A stretch of 64,000 bases of DNA from Candidatus Wolframiiraptor gerlachensis (GTDB lineage: Archaea > Thermoproteota > Nitrososphaeria_A > Caldarchaeales > Wolframiiraptoraceae): NCBI GenBank assembly GCA_021323375.2, contig JAJPCT020000023.1:1-64000 (forward strand), read 5' to 3'. Position numbers and translations under genes: made by a program. The notes below the pieces were generated by a model. It worked only from the letters and a program-made list of their open reading frames with translations, had not been told where the DNA came from and ran no database searches. Of this stretch, positions 27,397 to 37,919 are shown piece after piece. Position 1 is the first letter of the stretch; every line of letters begins with the position of its first letter.

Positions 27397-30159
27397 GTGG
27401 AGCTCAAGGATGCTCATGCGCTTCCAGTCGACGAGGTTTTGCGGAGGCTTGGAACGGGCCCTAATGGATTAAGCGATGATGAGGCTCGCAGGAGGCTTGA
27501 AGTTTATGGTTATAATGAGATTAGGGAGGAGAAGCGCGTCTCAGCATTCTTCATCTGGCTAGAGCAGTTTAAGAACCCCCTTATCCTGATACTCCTTGCC
27601 GCGACCGCCATCTCCTATGTCGTCTCGGTTATAGAGGGGGAGTTTCCTGTTGATAGCATATTGATCTTCGCGATCGTGATAGCGGCCTCAACCCTCGGCT
27701 TCGTCCAGGAGTATAGGGCTGAGAGGGCGATAGAGGCGCTTAAGAGGATGCTTACTCCTATGGCTAAGGTTATCAGGAGTGGTGTTGAGAAAATTATTTC
27801 CGCTAGGGAGGTTGTTCCAGGAGATCTTCTAGTTGTCTCAGCTGGAGATAAGGTTGCTGCTGACTGCAGGATCGTGGAGTGTTATGATCTCCAGGTTGAT
27901 GAAGCTCCTCTCACAGGCGAGTCTACTCCCGTCTCTAAGCGGGTTGAGCCCGTCCCAGCGGAGGCTTCTCTCCCGGATCGTGTGAATATGCTCTATGCTG
28001 GGACTACTGTTACTTATGGTAAGGGCAAGGCTGTTGTGGTCGCCACAGGCATGAGGACGGAGCTTGGGAAGATCGCTGGCGAGGTCGCGGCCATAGAGAT
28101 ATCTGAGACGCCTCTTGAGAGGAGGATGAGGGAGCTTGGGAGTGCTCTGGGAAAGCTGGTGATAATAATCTGCATAGTGATCGCCTTGGCCCTTCTCCTC
28201 GAAGATCTACTGGTGGTGGGCAGTGTATCTACCGGCACGATAATCGAGGTGATGCTCTTCTCGATAGCTCTCGCAGTCGCTGTGATCCCGGAGGCCCTGC
28301 CCGCGATAGTCACGGGGACGCTGGCGATAGGGATGAGGGAGATGGCGAGGAGGAATGCTTTGGTGCGGAGGATGCCTGCTGTCGAGACCCTTGGATGCGT
28401 TACTGTGATCTGCTCCGACAAGACAGGGACTCTGACGAAGGGCGAGATGACGGTTAAGAGAATCTACGTGGATGATAGACTGTATGATGTTACTGGAGTT
28501 GGCTATGAGCCTAGGGGCGAGATAGTGGGCGATCCCAATAGCAGAGCCTTCGAGCTCCTAATGCTGGGTGCGATACTATGTAATGATGCCAAGCTTGTTA
28601 GGGGGGAGAAGGGGTGGAGCATTGAGGGTGATCCGACGGAGGCCGCACTACTAGTCGTCGCGGAGAAGACTGGATTCAGGCATGAGGAGATTAGGCTGAA
28701 GTATCCGAGGCTTGACGAGATCCCGTTTAGCTCCGAGCGCAAGAGGATGACGACGATCCATGAGGTTGATGGGCTTGGCCGCGTGGCCTTCATGAAGGGC
28801 GCTGTCGAGATCGTCCTCGATAGATGCAAGTATATTCAGGTTGGCGACGAGGTTAGAGAACTCACAGGCGAGATAAAAGAGAGGATTCTAAGGGTCAATG
28901 AGGAGCTGGCCTCGAATGCTCTCAGGAATCTCGCCTTCGCCTATAAGCGATTGGATGAATCCGCATCATACTCGCCAAATGATATGGAGCGGGACATGAT
29001 ATTCCTCGGGATAATGGGGATGATTGACCCGCCGAGGGAGGAGGCTGTTGAGGCCGTGAAAATCTGTAAGAGGGTTGGTATAAGGGTGGTGATGATTACC
29101 GGCGACCATAAGCTCACGGCGGTCGCGATAGCCCGTGAGATGGGGATCTACAAAGAGGGCGACATAGTCCTGACCGGCGAGGAGCTGGATAGGATGAGCG
29201 AGGAGGAGCTTGAAAAGATAGTTGATAGGGTTACAGTCTATGCGAGGGTCTCGCCGATGCATAAGCTCAAGATAGTTAGGGCCTGGAAGAGGAGAGGTGA
29301 GATAGTCGCGATGACGGGTGATGGCGTAAATGACGCGCCAGCTGTGAAGCAGGCCGACATAGGCATCGCGATGGGCATCACGGGAACCGAGGTGACGAAG
29401 GAGGCCTCAGACATGATCCTCCTCGACGACAACTTCGCCACAATAGTCAAGGCGATAGAACTCGGCCGATGGATCTACGATAACATCAAGAAGTATCTCG
29501 TCTACCTCTTGGAGAGCAATATTGTTGAGATAGCTATGCTAACAGTCGCGGCCATAGTGGGCACATATATCTTTAAGGAGCTCTCACTGCCGCTTCTTCC
29601 GATCCATATACTTTACATAAACTTGGCAACCGATGGTCTGCCGGCACTCGCTCTCGGAGTCGCTCCACCCGACCCAGACGTAATGAAAAGGCCTCCAAGA
29701 GATCCTAAGGAGTCCGTTTTCAGCGGAGAAGTTATGCCATTTTTAATAATGATACCGGCCATCAACACGCCAGTGCTACTCGCGATATACTTCATCGAAT
29801 ATTTCACGGCAGGTCATGCTAGGGCCATGACTATGGTATTCTTGACATTCGTCTTCCTAGAGCTCTTCGTCGCAATAAATTGCAGATCACTCAGGTTTAC
29901 GATGATTAAAGCACCCCCACATAAGCTATTGATACTCGCAGTACTATGGGAGGCGATCCTAATAACCGTCTTAACACTCATCCCGGCCACTCGCGAAGCT
30001 CTCCAAATAACTCTGCCAACACTTCAAGATATCTTATTTATCACCTTAATCTGCATCTCGACATTCGTGATACGTGAGGCGATAAAGATATTCATCGTAC
30101 CGAGAAAACTCCGATGGGCCGGCGAACATTCGGAGATACCTTCTTACACTAATACATGA
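27397..30159 (+). CDS. P-type ATPase, P2A (Ca2+-transporting-like)
   Basis: TGES, IPEALP, DKTGTLT, KGA, TGDGVND, NLATDGLPALALG. Confidence 0.93.
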   Translation: MELKDAHALPVDEVLRRLGTGPNGLSDDEARRRLEVYGYNEIREEKRVSAFFIWLEQFKNPLILILLAATAISYVVSVIEGEFPVDSILIFAIVIAASTLGFVQEYRAERAIEALKRMLTPMAKVIRSGVEKIISAREVVPGDLLVVSAGDKVAADCRIVECYDLQVDEAPLTGESTPVSKRVEPVPAEASLPDRVNMLYAGTTVTYGKGKAVVVATGMRTELGKIAGEVAAIEISETPLERRMRELGSALGKLVIIICIVIALALLLEDLLVVGSVSTGTIIEVMLFSIALAVAVIPEALPAIVTGTLAIGMREMARRNALVRRMPAVETLGCVTVICSDKTGTLTKGEMTVKRIYVDDRLYDVTGVGYEPRGEIVGDPNSRAFELLMLGAILCNDAKLVRGEKGWSIEGDPTEAALLVVAEKTGFRHEEIRLKYPRLDEIPFSSERKRMTTIHEVDGLGRVAFMKGAVEIVLDRCKYIQVGDEVRELTGEIKERILRVNEELASNALRNLAFAYKRLDESASYSPNDMERDMIFLGIMGMIDPPREEAVEAVKICKRVGIRVVMITGDHKLTAVAIAREMGIYKEGDIVLTGEELDRMSEEELEKIVDRVTVYARVSPMHKLKIVRAWKRRGEIVAMTGDGVNDAPAVKQADIGIAMGITGTEVTKEASDMILLDDNFATIVKAIELGRWIYDNIKKYLVYLLESNIVEIAMLTVAAIVGTYIFKELSLPLLPIHILYINLATDGLPALALGVAPPDPDVMKRPPRDPKESVFSGEVMPFLIMIPAINTPVLLAIYFIEYFTAGHARAMTMVFLTFVFLELFVAINCRSLRFTMIKAPPHKLLILAVLWEAILITVLTLIPATREALQITLPTLQDILFITLICISTFVIREAIKIFIVPRKLRWAGEHSEIPSYTNT

Positions 30160-30400
30160 CCTTTAAAGACAATCCTCCCAAATGAATTGTCTTCATGTAG
30201 GGGGCCTCATTGCCGAATCCGGATATCATGAGTTAAGCCATTTGAGATTTTTCTGATTAGAGGTCATTGGAGATCCTAATATCAGTAGTCCAGCAGATCT
30301 TTGCATTTTTATGAAAACTTGCTTACAGCTCGAAAGCTGTCGTATTTCCTGCGTTTTTCGTTAAAACATTAATTAGGATCGATGTTTATGAGGGCTGGAA

Positions 30401-31714
30401 ATGTGGAAGCAGGAGCTAAGGGCTCTCGAGGAGGAGAGGAGGAGGGTTCTTGAGAGGATAATGGGGCTCTCGAGCTTTGAGGGCTTCGATGCGGAGAAGT
30501 GGGAGGAGCTTAAGAGGCTCGTCTATGAGCCCCTACCACTCAGCGTGGACGTAATTATTGATGATACTACGCTGAGGGAGGGCTTCCAAATGGCCGGTCT
30601 GCTGAACCCTAGGCCGGAGGAGTATCTGAGGATAGCTATGATGCTCAGGGAGATCGGGATAGAGAGGCTGGAGATAATGATGTATACGAAGACGGATAGG
30701 GAGGCTATAAAGCTAATGAAGAATGAGGGGCTTACGCCGCTCCTCGCCGGGTGGTGTAGGGCGAATAGGGCGGATATAGACATGGCGCTAGAGCTGGATC
30801 TACAGCAGGTGGGGATCTCGCACCCAGTCTCCTACATACACTTCAGCAAGTGGCCAGACATACCCTTAGAGGATCTCGTGAACAGGGTTGTAGACGCTGT
30901 CACATACGCGAGGGAGCATGGCCTCAGGGTCTTCGTGCATGGAGAGGATAGCACTAGAGCTGACTGGAGGTTCGAGAGGATATTCATTAATGCGGTCGCG
31001 GAGGCCGGCGCCGAGGTCTACAGGATCTGCGATACCGTTGGGTGCGGCGTATCAGATCCACGTGCACCGCTCCCGAGGGGGATACCAGAGAAGATTAGGA
31101 GAATCAAGGCCGAGACCAAGATACCATACGTGGAGATACATGCGCATGATGATCTTGGAAACGCTGTGGAGAACACGATGGCGGCGATAAAGGCCGCTGA
31201 CGGGCTCTATGACAAGGTATATGTCAGCACGACATTCTTGGGTCTGGGGGATAGGGCTGGAAACGCCGAGACAGAGAAGATTATCATGAACTGCTACATG
31301 CATTATGACGTCAGGAAATGGAACTTGAAACCTCTAAGAGAGCTCGCGGTCTATATAGCCTCGGCTCTCGGGTACCACCTCCCGATAAACAAGGCCATAG
31401 TAGGAGATGGTGTCTTCGCCCACGAGTCCGGCATACACCTCCACGGGATATCGAAGCTGCCCCTAACATATGAGCCATTCCCACCTGAGCTGGTGGGCCA
31501 GAGAAGATCAATAGTGATCGGGAGGAGATCCGGGAAGCATGGAATAAAGCTCAAGCTCGAGGAGATCCTCGGGAGGAAGGTGGATGAGAACGATCCAAGG
31601 CTCATGAACCTTGTCGAGATGATAACCAACGAGTTCTCGGCGCGGGAGAGGAGATATCCAATAGGTGAGCAGGAGTTCAGGTTGTTCGCGAAGAGGGCTG
31701 GATTCGAGGTCTAA
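30401..31714 (+). CDS. DRE-TIM acetyl-CoA condensing enzyme, Re-citrate synthase-like
   Basis: DTTLREG, HGEDSTRAD, CDTVG..LPR, HAHDDLG, HESGIH; no LeuA regulatory domain. Confidence 0.7.
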   Translation: MWKQELRALEEERRRVLERIMGLSSFEGFDAEKWEELKRLVYEPLPLSVDVIIDDTTLREGFQMAGLLNPRPEEYLRIAMMLREIGIERLEIMMYTKTDREAIKLMKNEGLTPLLAGWCRANRADIDMALELDLQQVGISHPVSYIHFSKWPDIPLEDLVNRVVDAVTYAREHGLRVFVHGEDSTRADWRFERIFINAVAEAGAEVYRICDTVGCGVSDPRAPLPRGIPEKIRRIKAETKIPYVEIHAHDDLGNAVENTMAAIKAADGLYDKVYVSTTFLGLGDRAGNAETEKIIMNCYMHYDVRKWNLKPLRELAVYIASALGYHLPINKAIVGDGVFAHESGIHLHGISKLPLTYEPFPPELVGQRRSIVIGRRSGKHGIKLKLEEILGRKVDENDPRLMNLVEMITNEFSARERRYPIGEQEFRLFAKRAGFEV

Positions 31715-31753
31715 GTAGGGTAATGGTAAAATTGGTGCATAAATCCGGGTCGG

Positions 31754-32800
31754 GTGATTGATATGGGTAAGAGGGCTGCGCTCATACGTGGAGATGGTGT
31801 CGGCCCTGAGCTGGCTGAAGCAGTTATGATGATCCATGAGGCTGTGGGCAGCGAGGTCGAGATAATACCGGTCGAGGCGGGCTATGAGTGGTGGCTGAAG
31901 CATGGCGGGGACTCCCTGATACCGAGGGAGACTTGGGAGGTTCTCGAGCAGTCGAATGCGGTTCTCAAGTGTCCGACCACGACGCCGCCGGAGATAAAGC
32001 ATCTGAGAAGCGTGGCGGTGAGCATTAGGCAGAGATTCGACCTATACGCGAATATCAGGCCCATTAAGACCTTGGGCGGGATCAAGGGAAGGCTCGGGCC
32101 AGTCGATTTAATATGCGTCAGGGAGGCCACGGAGGGGCTCTACGCCGGGATAGATGTAAGACTCTCGCCCGACGTCGCAATCGCGATCAGGAAGATAAGT
32201 AAGAGGCAGTCGCTAAGAGTTGCTAGAAAGGCATTCGAGATAGCGAGGGAGAATGGCTGGAGTAAGGTCGTCGTGGTCACCAAAAGGAATATCCTGAAGG
32301 AGACGGATGGTCTCTTCATAGAGGCGATTCAAGAGGTTGCGAAGGATTATCCTGAGATAGCTTGGGAGGAGTATTTTATAGATAATCTTGCTCAGCAGCT
32401 CGTCAAGAATCATGAGCGATTTAACCAGACCGTGATCCTAGGGACGAATCTCTTCATGGATATAATAAGTGAGGAGGCCTCAGCCCTTGTCGCAAGCATA
32501 GGTATGGTCTATTCCGCGAACATGGGCGATAACTATGCCATGTTCGAGCCAGCGCATGGAAGCGCTCCAAAATACAAGGGACAGTATAAGGTGAACCCCA
32601 CGGCCACGATACTCTCCTATGCTTGGATGATCGGATACCTTGGCGAAAAGGAGAAGATGAACGTCATATTCAGGGCGACGGAGGATGTTATAGCCGAGGG
32701 AAGACATGTAACATATGATCTCGGCGGAAATGCCTCGACGCTTGAGATGACAGAGGCTATAGCTGGAAGAATAAAGACGTTGCTCGAGAAGGGCTATTAA
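31754..32800 (+). CDS. Isocitrate/isopropylmalate dehydrogenase family protein
   Basis: GDGVGPE, LYANIRP, REATEGLY, FEPAHGSAPKY, TYDLGG. Confidence 0.88.
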   Translation: MIDMGKRAALIRGDGVGPELAEAVMMIHEAVGSEVEIIPVEAGYEWWLKHGGDSLIPRETWEVLEQSNAVLKCPTTTPPEIKHLRSVAVSIRQRFDLYANIRPIKTLGGIKGRLGPVDLICVREATEGLYAGIDVRLSPDVAIAIRKISKRQSLRVARKAFEIARENGWSKVVVVTKRNILKETDGLFIEAIQEVAKDYPEIAWEEYFIDNLAQQLVKNHERFNQTVILGTNLFMDIISEEASALVASIGMVYSANMGDNYAMFEPAHGSAPKYKGQYKVNPTATILSYAWMIGYLGEKEKMNVIFRATEDVIAEGRHVTYDLGGNASTLEMTEAIAGRIKTLLEKGY

Positions 32801-32805
32801 CAGAT

Positions 32806-33186
32806 CTATCTTTTCTCTATGCTTACCCTGATTAGCTCCCCATCAGACACTTCTTTCAAGCGGTTCAAGCCCTCGACAACTCTACCGAGGGGCTTAACCT
32901 TGCTATAGGCGACCGGCCGCTCATCCTTGCTTATCGGGGTTGGGCCGAAGAATATGCAGAGGCAATTTCCATCGGGCCAATAAGCCACCTCACCAACCTC
33001 CATCAACGTCCTCTCACCTTTGAGCCCAAGCTTCACCGGCAGCTCGAAATACACCTCATCACCCCATCTCTCAGCCTCAGCCTCGAATGGCGAGCTCTCT
33101 AGAAGCTTCTCTAGCTCCGGCTCATCCACCAGCTCACAAACCACCCTAACACCAGAACTAAAATCAAGGCTAACTATGTAAGGCAT
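32806..33186 (-). CDS. Cyclophilin-like fold protein (DUF369-type)
   Basis: WGDEVYF, GEVAYWP.G..LCIFFGPTP. Confidence 0.82.
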   Translation of the reverse strand: MPYIVSLDFSSGVRVVCELVDEPELEKLLESSPFEAEAERWGDEVYFELPVKLGLKGERTLMEVGEVAYWPDGNCLCIFFGPTPISKDERPVAYSKVKPLGRVVEGLNRLKEVSDGELIRVSIEKR

Positions 33187-33285
33187 GCCTACTCAAAATA
33201 AGCGAAGACAACCGCGCTAAATACCTTATAGCAGGCCAGAATCTTCAGCCCGATGAAAAGCTTGGGAAGAATGATTAGTAGGTGT

Positions 33286-33972
33286 TCATCGCTCCAGCAT
33301 CCACTTTAGCTCCTCGATTATCCTTGTCCCGGAGCTTGTTCCAATCCTATCAGCCCCGGCCTCTAGAAAGCTGAGAGCCTGCTCCCCGGTTCTTATGCCG
33401 CCAGCCGCCTTTATCTTAACATGCGGCGGCAACACGCTTCTCAGGAGCTTCACATCCTCTATCTTAGCCCCGGAGGGCCCAAAGCCCGTCGAGGTCTTGA
33501 CGAAGTCCGCGCCAGCCCTCTCGATGATCCTCGCCGCGGCAATCTTCTCCTCATCAGTCAGATAACAGCACTCTATGATTACCTTCAGGATATTGTCTCC
33601 TATCGCCCTCTTAATCTCCCTGATCTCCTCCTCAACATAGTCATATCTCCTCGACTTAAGCATCGGCAGACTTATCACCATGTCGACCTCGGATGCGCCC
33701 TCCTCCACCGCGCGACTAGCCTCCTCCACCTTCACCTCCTTAAACGTCGAGCCAAGCGGAAAGCCCACAACAGTGCAAACATTAACACCAGATCCACTTA
33801 AAAGCCGATACGCCATCGGGACATATATCGGGTTAATACAAACCGCGGCAAACCCATATTGAACAGCTTCATCGCATAATCTCCGAATATCATCTTCCGT
33901 AGCATGGGGCTGAAGCATGGTATGATCTATCGCTTTAGCAACCAGTTCAATAGTCCGCTTGTTTTTCTTCAT
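33286..33972 (-). CDS. deoC: Deoxyribose-phosphate aldolase
   Basis: IDHTML, VVGFPLG, KVIIE, FVKTSTGF, KAAGGIR, RIGTS. Confidence 0.95.
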   Translation of the reverse strand: MKKNKRTIELVAKAIDHTMLQPHATEDDIRRLCDEAVQYGFAAVCINPIYVPMAYRLLSGSGVNVCTVVGFPLGSTFKEVKVEEASRAVEEGASEVDMVISLPMLKSRRYDYVEEEIREIKRAIGDNILKVIIECCYLTDEEKIAAARIIERAGADFVKTSTGFGPSGAKIEDVKLLRSVLPPHVKIKAAGGIRTGEQALSFLEAGADRIGTSSGTRIIEELKWMLER

Positions 33973-34254
33973 AATGGTTAGAATCCTGTTTCATGCTTTA
34001 TAAGCCTTATGCACTATAAGCTTTCTAAAAAGAAAAACACAATTTTCAAAATTTAAGCAAGCTTAAGCGATCTTAAAAAGGAGTAAAGCCTGTTTAGCAT
34101 TCCAAAATGTATCCATGTGTGAAATTTAAAAACCACAAACACGAAAGTATTCTCACCATTACTTTTAATTATCCACACTGCTTAAAAATCAAATCTTAGA
34201 AAACAACACTTTAATACTCCAAGTCAAATTCCTAATTAGATGTAGGTGCATTCA

Positions 34255-35796
34255 ATGGGGCCCTATTTCATTGGTGTGGATATTGGTACTGCTGGAACGA
34301 AGGCAGCCATTGTGGACGTTAATGGAATAGTTTTAGCAACGGCTTATGAGGAGTCAAGATTATACTATCCTAAGGTTGGTTGGGTTGAGCAGGAGCCTGA
34401 AGATTTTATCGCATCATCCATTAACACTATTAAAGAAGTGTTAAAGAAATCAAAAATCAATCCAAAAGAAGTTGCCTCGCTGTCTTTCAGCGGCCAAATG
34501 GCTGGAATTCTGGCTATTGACAAAGATTGGAATCCCATCATAAGTTATGATTCATGGCTTGATATACGCTGCAAGGACTATGTCAATTACCTCAGCAAAC
34601 ATTACGCCGACATGTTAATTGAGATTGGCGGCGTTCCACCAACGATAAACCATTTGCCTAAAATGATGTGATGGAGGAATAATGAACCAGAAATATTCAG
34701 GAGAATATACAAGTTTACGGTTCCGGCGGTTTATGTTGCTGGGAAATTCGCGGGATTAAAGGGGGATGACGCATTTTATGATTACACTTACACCACTTTC
34801 ACCGGAATGTTCGATATCCGTAAAATGAGATGGTCGGAAGAAATAGCTGATGTTCTGAATCTTCCACTAGATAAGCTTCCAAGAATAGTTAAGCCATGGG
34901 ATATCATTGGGGAGCTAACACAAGATATCGCCGAAAAATGCGGATTAGTTACGGGCATACCAATAGCAGCTGGCGCAGGCGATTATACAGCCTCAAGCCT
35001 TGGAACAGGATTAACAAGGCCAGGTTTATGCATAGATGTCGCAGGCACCGCATCCGTCTTGGCGGTTTCTACAACCGACATAACCCCTGACAAGAAATAT
35101 AGAACCCTTCTTTATGTCAAGTCTATTGTGCCGGAGTTATGGCAGGTGGGAGCTTACATAAATGGAGGAGGGCTCTGCTTAAGATGGTTCCGTGATGAGT
35201 TCGGCAAATACGAAAAGGAAAGGGCCAAGGAGATTAACGTAGATCCATACAAGCTTTTGGATGAAGAAGCCTCAAAAGTTCCAGAGGGCTCAGAAGGGCT
35301 GATATTCATACCACACCTAGGCGGGCGGGCATACCCGAATCAACCGGATATTAAAGGAATCTGGTTTGGCTTCACATGGAAGCATACGGTAGGGCACTTC
35401 TTTAGGTCAATAATGGAGGGAATAGCATACGAGTACTACCACTATATGAAGATAGCAAAAAGCCTGTTTAGGGATCTGCAACTCGAAGAGATTAGAAGAA
35501 TAGGTGGGGGTAGCAAGAGTAGGATATGGGCCCAAATAAAAGCAGAGACACTAAATATCCCGTATGTCTTGCTAGATAAAGAAGAGTATGCGGCGTTAGC
35601 GCTAGCTGTTATTGGCGGTTATGCTGTTGGGGCCATCAAAGATTACAAGCAAGCTATTGATAAATGGGTAAAACCTGTCGCAAGAATAGAGCCGCAACCG
35701 AAAAAGCATAAGATGTACAAGAGATATGCGGAATTCTACGAACATTTATTATACTTCACCAACAACATATTCAACGAACATGCAAGACTATTTTAG
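34255..35796 (+). pseudogene. FGGY-family carbohydrate kinase (xylulokinase-like) interrupted by one in-frame TGA at 34669-34671
   Basis: The two ORF-track pieces share a frame and are separated only by KMM*WRNNEP. Motifs GVDIGT, GAGD, PHLGGR, GGGSKS. Confidence 0.85.
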
Positions 35797-35868
35797 CTTA
35801 ACTCTGTTAAATCCTTTTTCAAGAATTGTAAAAAGCAAGTTAAGATGGATAAAATATTTGATTGAATT

Positions 35869-36645
35869 TCAGAATCTCTCGACAGCTGTTATCGTCATTC
35901 CTCCATCAACGATTATTGCTTGTCCAGTAACGTAACTTGCCTCATCACTTGCTAGGTAGATTGCTGCGCCAGCTATGTCCTCTGGCTTCGCGAGCCTTCC
36001 GAGAATACATCTTGACGCCATTCGTTTCCGCTCATTTTCATCCGTCACCGCGTAAAGGAGGGGTGTCTCAGTTGGCCCTGGACATATAGCATTCACCCTA
36101 ATATTATATGGTGCTAGCTCAACAGCCATCGCCCTAGTAAGCGCTAAGACGGCGCCCTTTGACGCGGAATATGCTGCGTGCCCAGGCTCCCCTACTATAG
36201 CAGCCTTTGATGATATGTTGATTATGACTCCACTTCTTCTCTCGACCATATGAGGCACGACTACTTGGGATGGGATTACCACTCCTAGAACATTAACCTT
36301 AAAGAGTATTTCCCAGAACTCTAATGGCTCTTCCCAAAATGGTTTCCCTCGGTAAATACCAACATTATTCACCAAGATGTCTATTTTCCCATACCTCTTG
36401 AGCAGTTCGGAGACTATTTCCTGGATCCTATCACGTGATGTTACATCACCTTGAAAACCTATAGCTTCTCCACCACTTTCCCGTATCCTTTTAGCAGCCT
36501 CTTCCACTCTATCGCCAGCAATATCGATTATTACAACTTTGGCTCCCTCACTCGCGAACTTTGAGGATATCGCAAACCCTATCCCACTTGCTCCGCCAGT
36601 CACTATAGCGACCCTATCCTTCAGTCTCATATGTCTTATAATCAA
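35869..36645 (-). CDS. Short-chain dehydrogenase/reductase
   Basis: TGGASGIG, NNVG, YSASK, NAICPG, VDGG. Confidence 0.93.
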   Translation of the reverse strand: MIIRHMRLKDRVAIVTGGASGIGFAISSKFASEGAKVVIIDIAGDRVEEAAKRIRESGGEAIGFQGDVTSRDRIQEIVSELLKRYGKIDILVNNVGIYRGKPFWEEPLEFWEILFKVNVLGVVIPSQVVVPHMVERRSGVIINISSKAAIVGEPGHAAYSASKGAVLALTRAMAVELAPYNIRVNAICPGPTETPLLYAVTDENERKRMASRCILGRLAKPEDIAGAAIYLASDEASYVTGQAIIVDGGMTITAVERF

Positions 36646-36754
36646 ATCAGAGTAACTTAAATCTTTGCTCTATGACGTTTTCAAGTCCTAGAAACCAAAG
36701 AGGATATGACTTAATTGGGGAAAATGGAATTATTGTAAAACAGTGAGTGCTGGG

Positions 36755-37783
36755 TCACTCTATTGGTAACTCTACTGGCTTATGTTCTTTTATCGACTTT
36801 ATGGCGGCTAGCGTTGCCTCTAAAGCTTTTTTACCATCTTCACCTGTCACTTCAGGTTCTCGATCCTCAATTATCGACTTTATGAAGCTCTCGGCTTCAG
36901 CTATGTAAGCTTCTCTGAATCTATCTCTCCAGCTGTGGAATGGCTCTGTCGTTATTTTTTGATCCTTGTGGCAGACTAATAGGCTTGTCCCTTGAACCTC
37001 GCCTATCGTTATTAAACCTTCTGTCCCAAGTACTTCGACTCTAGCATCATATGCATAGTTGACTGGGCAGCCGCCGTCAATTATTCCAAATCCGCCCTTT
37101 TGGAATCTAGCTATAACAGCAACGATGTCGTGAAATCCGGGGAATTCTTCAGCTACATCCGGCCTTAGCAACGCCGCCGCGTCAGCGTAAATAGTTTTGA
37201 ATTCATCGTTCATAAACCATCTAAGCGTGTCGAAATCGTGGCTATTGACCTCTGCGACCATGCCTAAGCCCATCTTCGGATCTAAGGCCCATCTTGGAGG
37301 GAGCCCAGGGCCCCTCCCAATGGACTTCACTAAAACCGGCTTCCCTATTACTCCTTCATCAATTAATGATTTGGCCCTTCTGAATTCTGGGTCAAATCTA
37401 CGCATGAAGCCTATCTGAAGCTTTACATTATTCCTCTTAGTGACCGAGATCATCTCATCTGCTTCTTTTAACGTCAGAGCCATGGGTTTCTCACAGAAAA
37501 CATGTTTCCCTGCCTCAGCCGCCTCGACTGTCAAAGAATGGTGCATAAATGTTGGAGTGGTTATAAAGACCGCATCAAAATCCTCCTTTCTTATAGCATC
37601 CGTAAGAGTTTCATAATAATTTATACCGCCGAGAAGGCTTGCTAAGTTCTTCGCGGCCTCCAAGTTCGTGTCAACGACTGCTACAACCTCTGCCATGGAG
37701 ATTCTAAAGGCTAAGTTTGTCCCATGAACTTGTCCTGTTCTACCAGCTCCAATAATACAGACTTTAACTTTCCTCGTTTCTAT
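36755..37783 (-). CDS. Gfo/Idh/MocA oxidoreductase (inositol dehydrogenase-like); N-terminus extends to an ATA codon
   Basis: CEKP, GFMRRFD, HDFD. The Rossmann motif VCIIGAGRTG lies in frame upstream of the called ATG. Confidence 0.88.
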   Translation of the reverse strand: METRKVKVCIIGAGRTGQVHGTNLAFRISMAEVVAVVDTNLEAAKNLASLLGGINYYETLTDAIRKEDFDAVFITTPTFMHHSLTVEAAEAGKHVFCEKPMALTLKEADEMISVTKRNNVKLQIGFMRRFDPEFRRAKSLIDEGVIGKPVLVKSIGRGPGLPPRWALDPKMGLGMVAEVNSHDFDTLRWFMNDEFKTIYADAAALLRPDVAEEFPGFHDIVAVIARFQKGGFGIIDGGCPVNYAYDARVEVLGTEGLITIGEVQGTSLLVCHKDQKITTEPFHSWRDRFREAYIAEAESFIKSIIEDREPEVTGEDGKKALEATLAAIKSIKEHKPVELPIE

Positions 37784-37919
37784 ATCACCCCGGCATTATG
37801 TTTAGGCACATGCTTAAAAATATTATTTATGCAGAGAGCTTTACAAATGCTGCTTGCTCATTTGAGCCCCTGCTACTTCCGGAAAACTTTATGATCTAAT
37901 TTAGCTAATTTAGCCAAGT

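Noticed and set aside
30325-30340. Dyad ACAGCT-CGAA-AGCTGT upstream of the synthase gene
   Set aside because: A single 6-bp inverted repeat with no second instance; could be chance.
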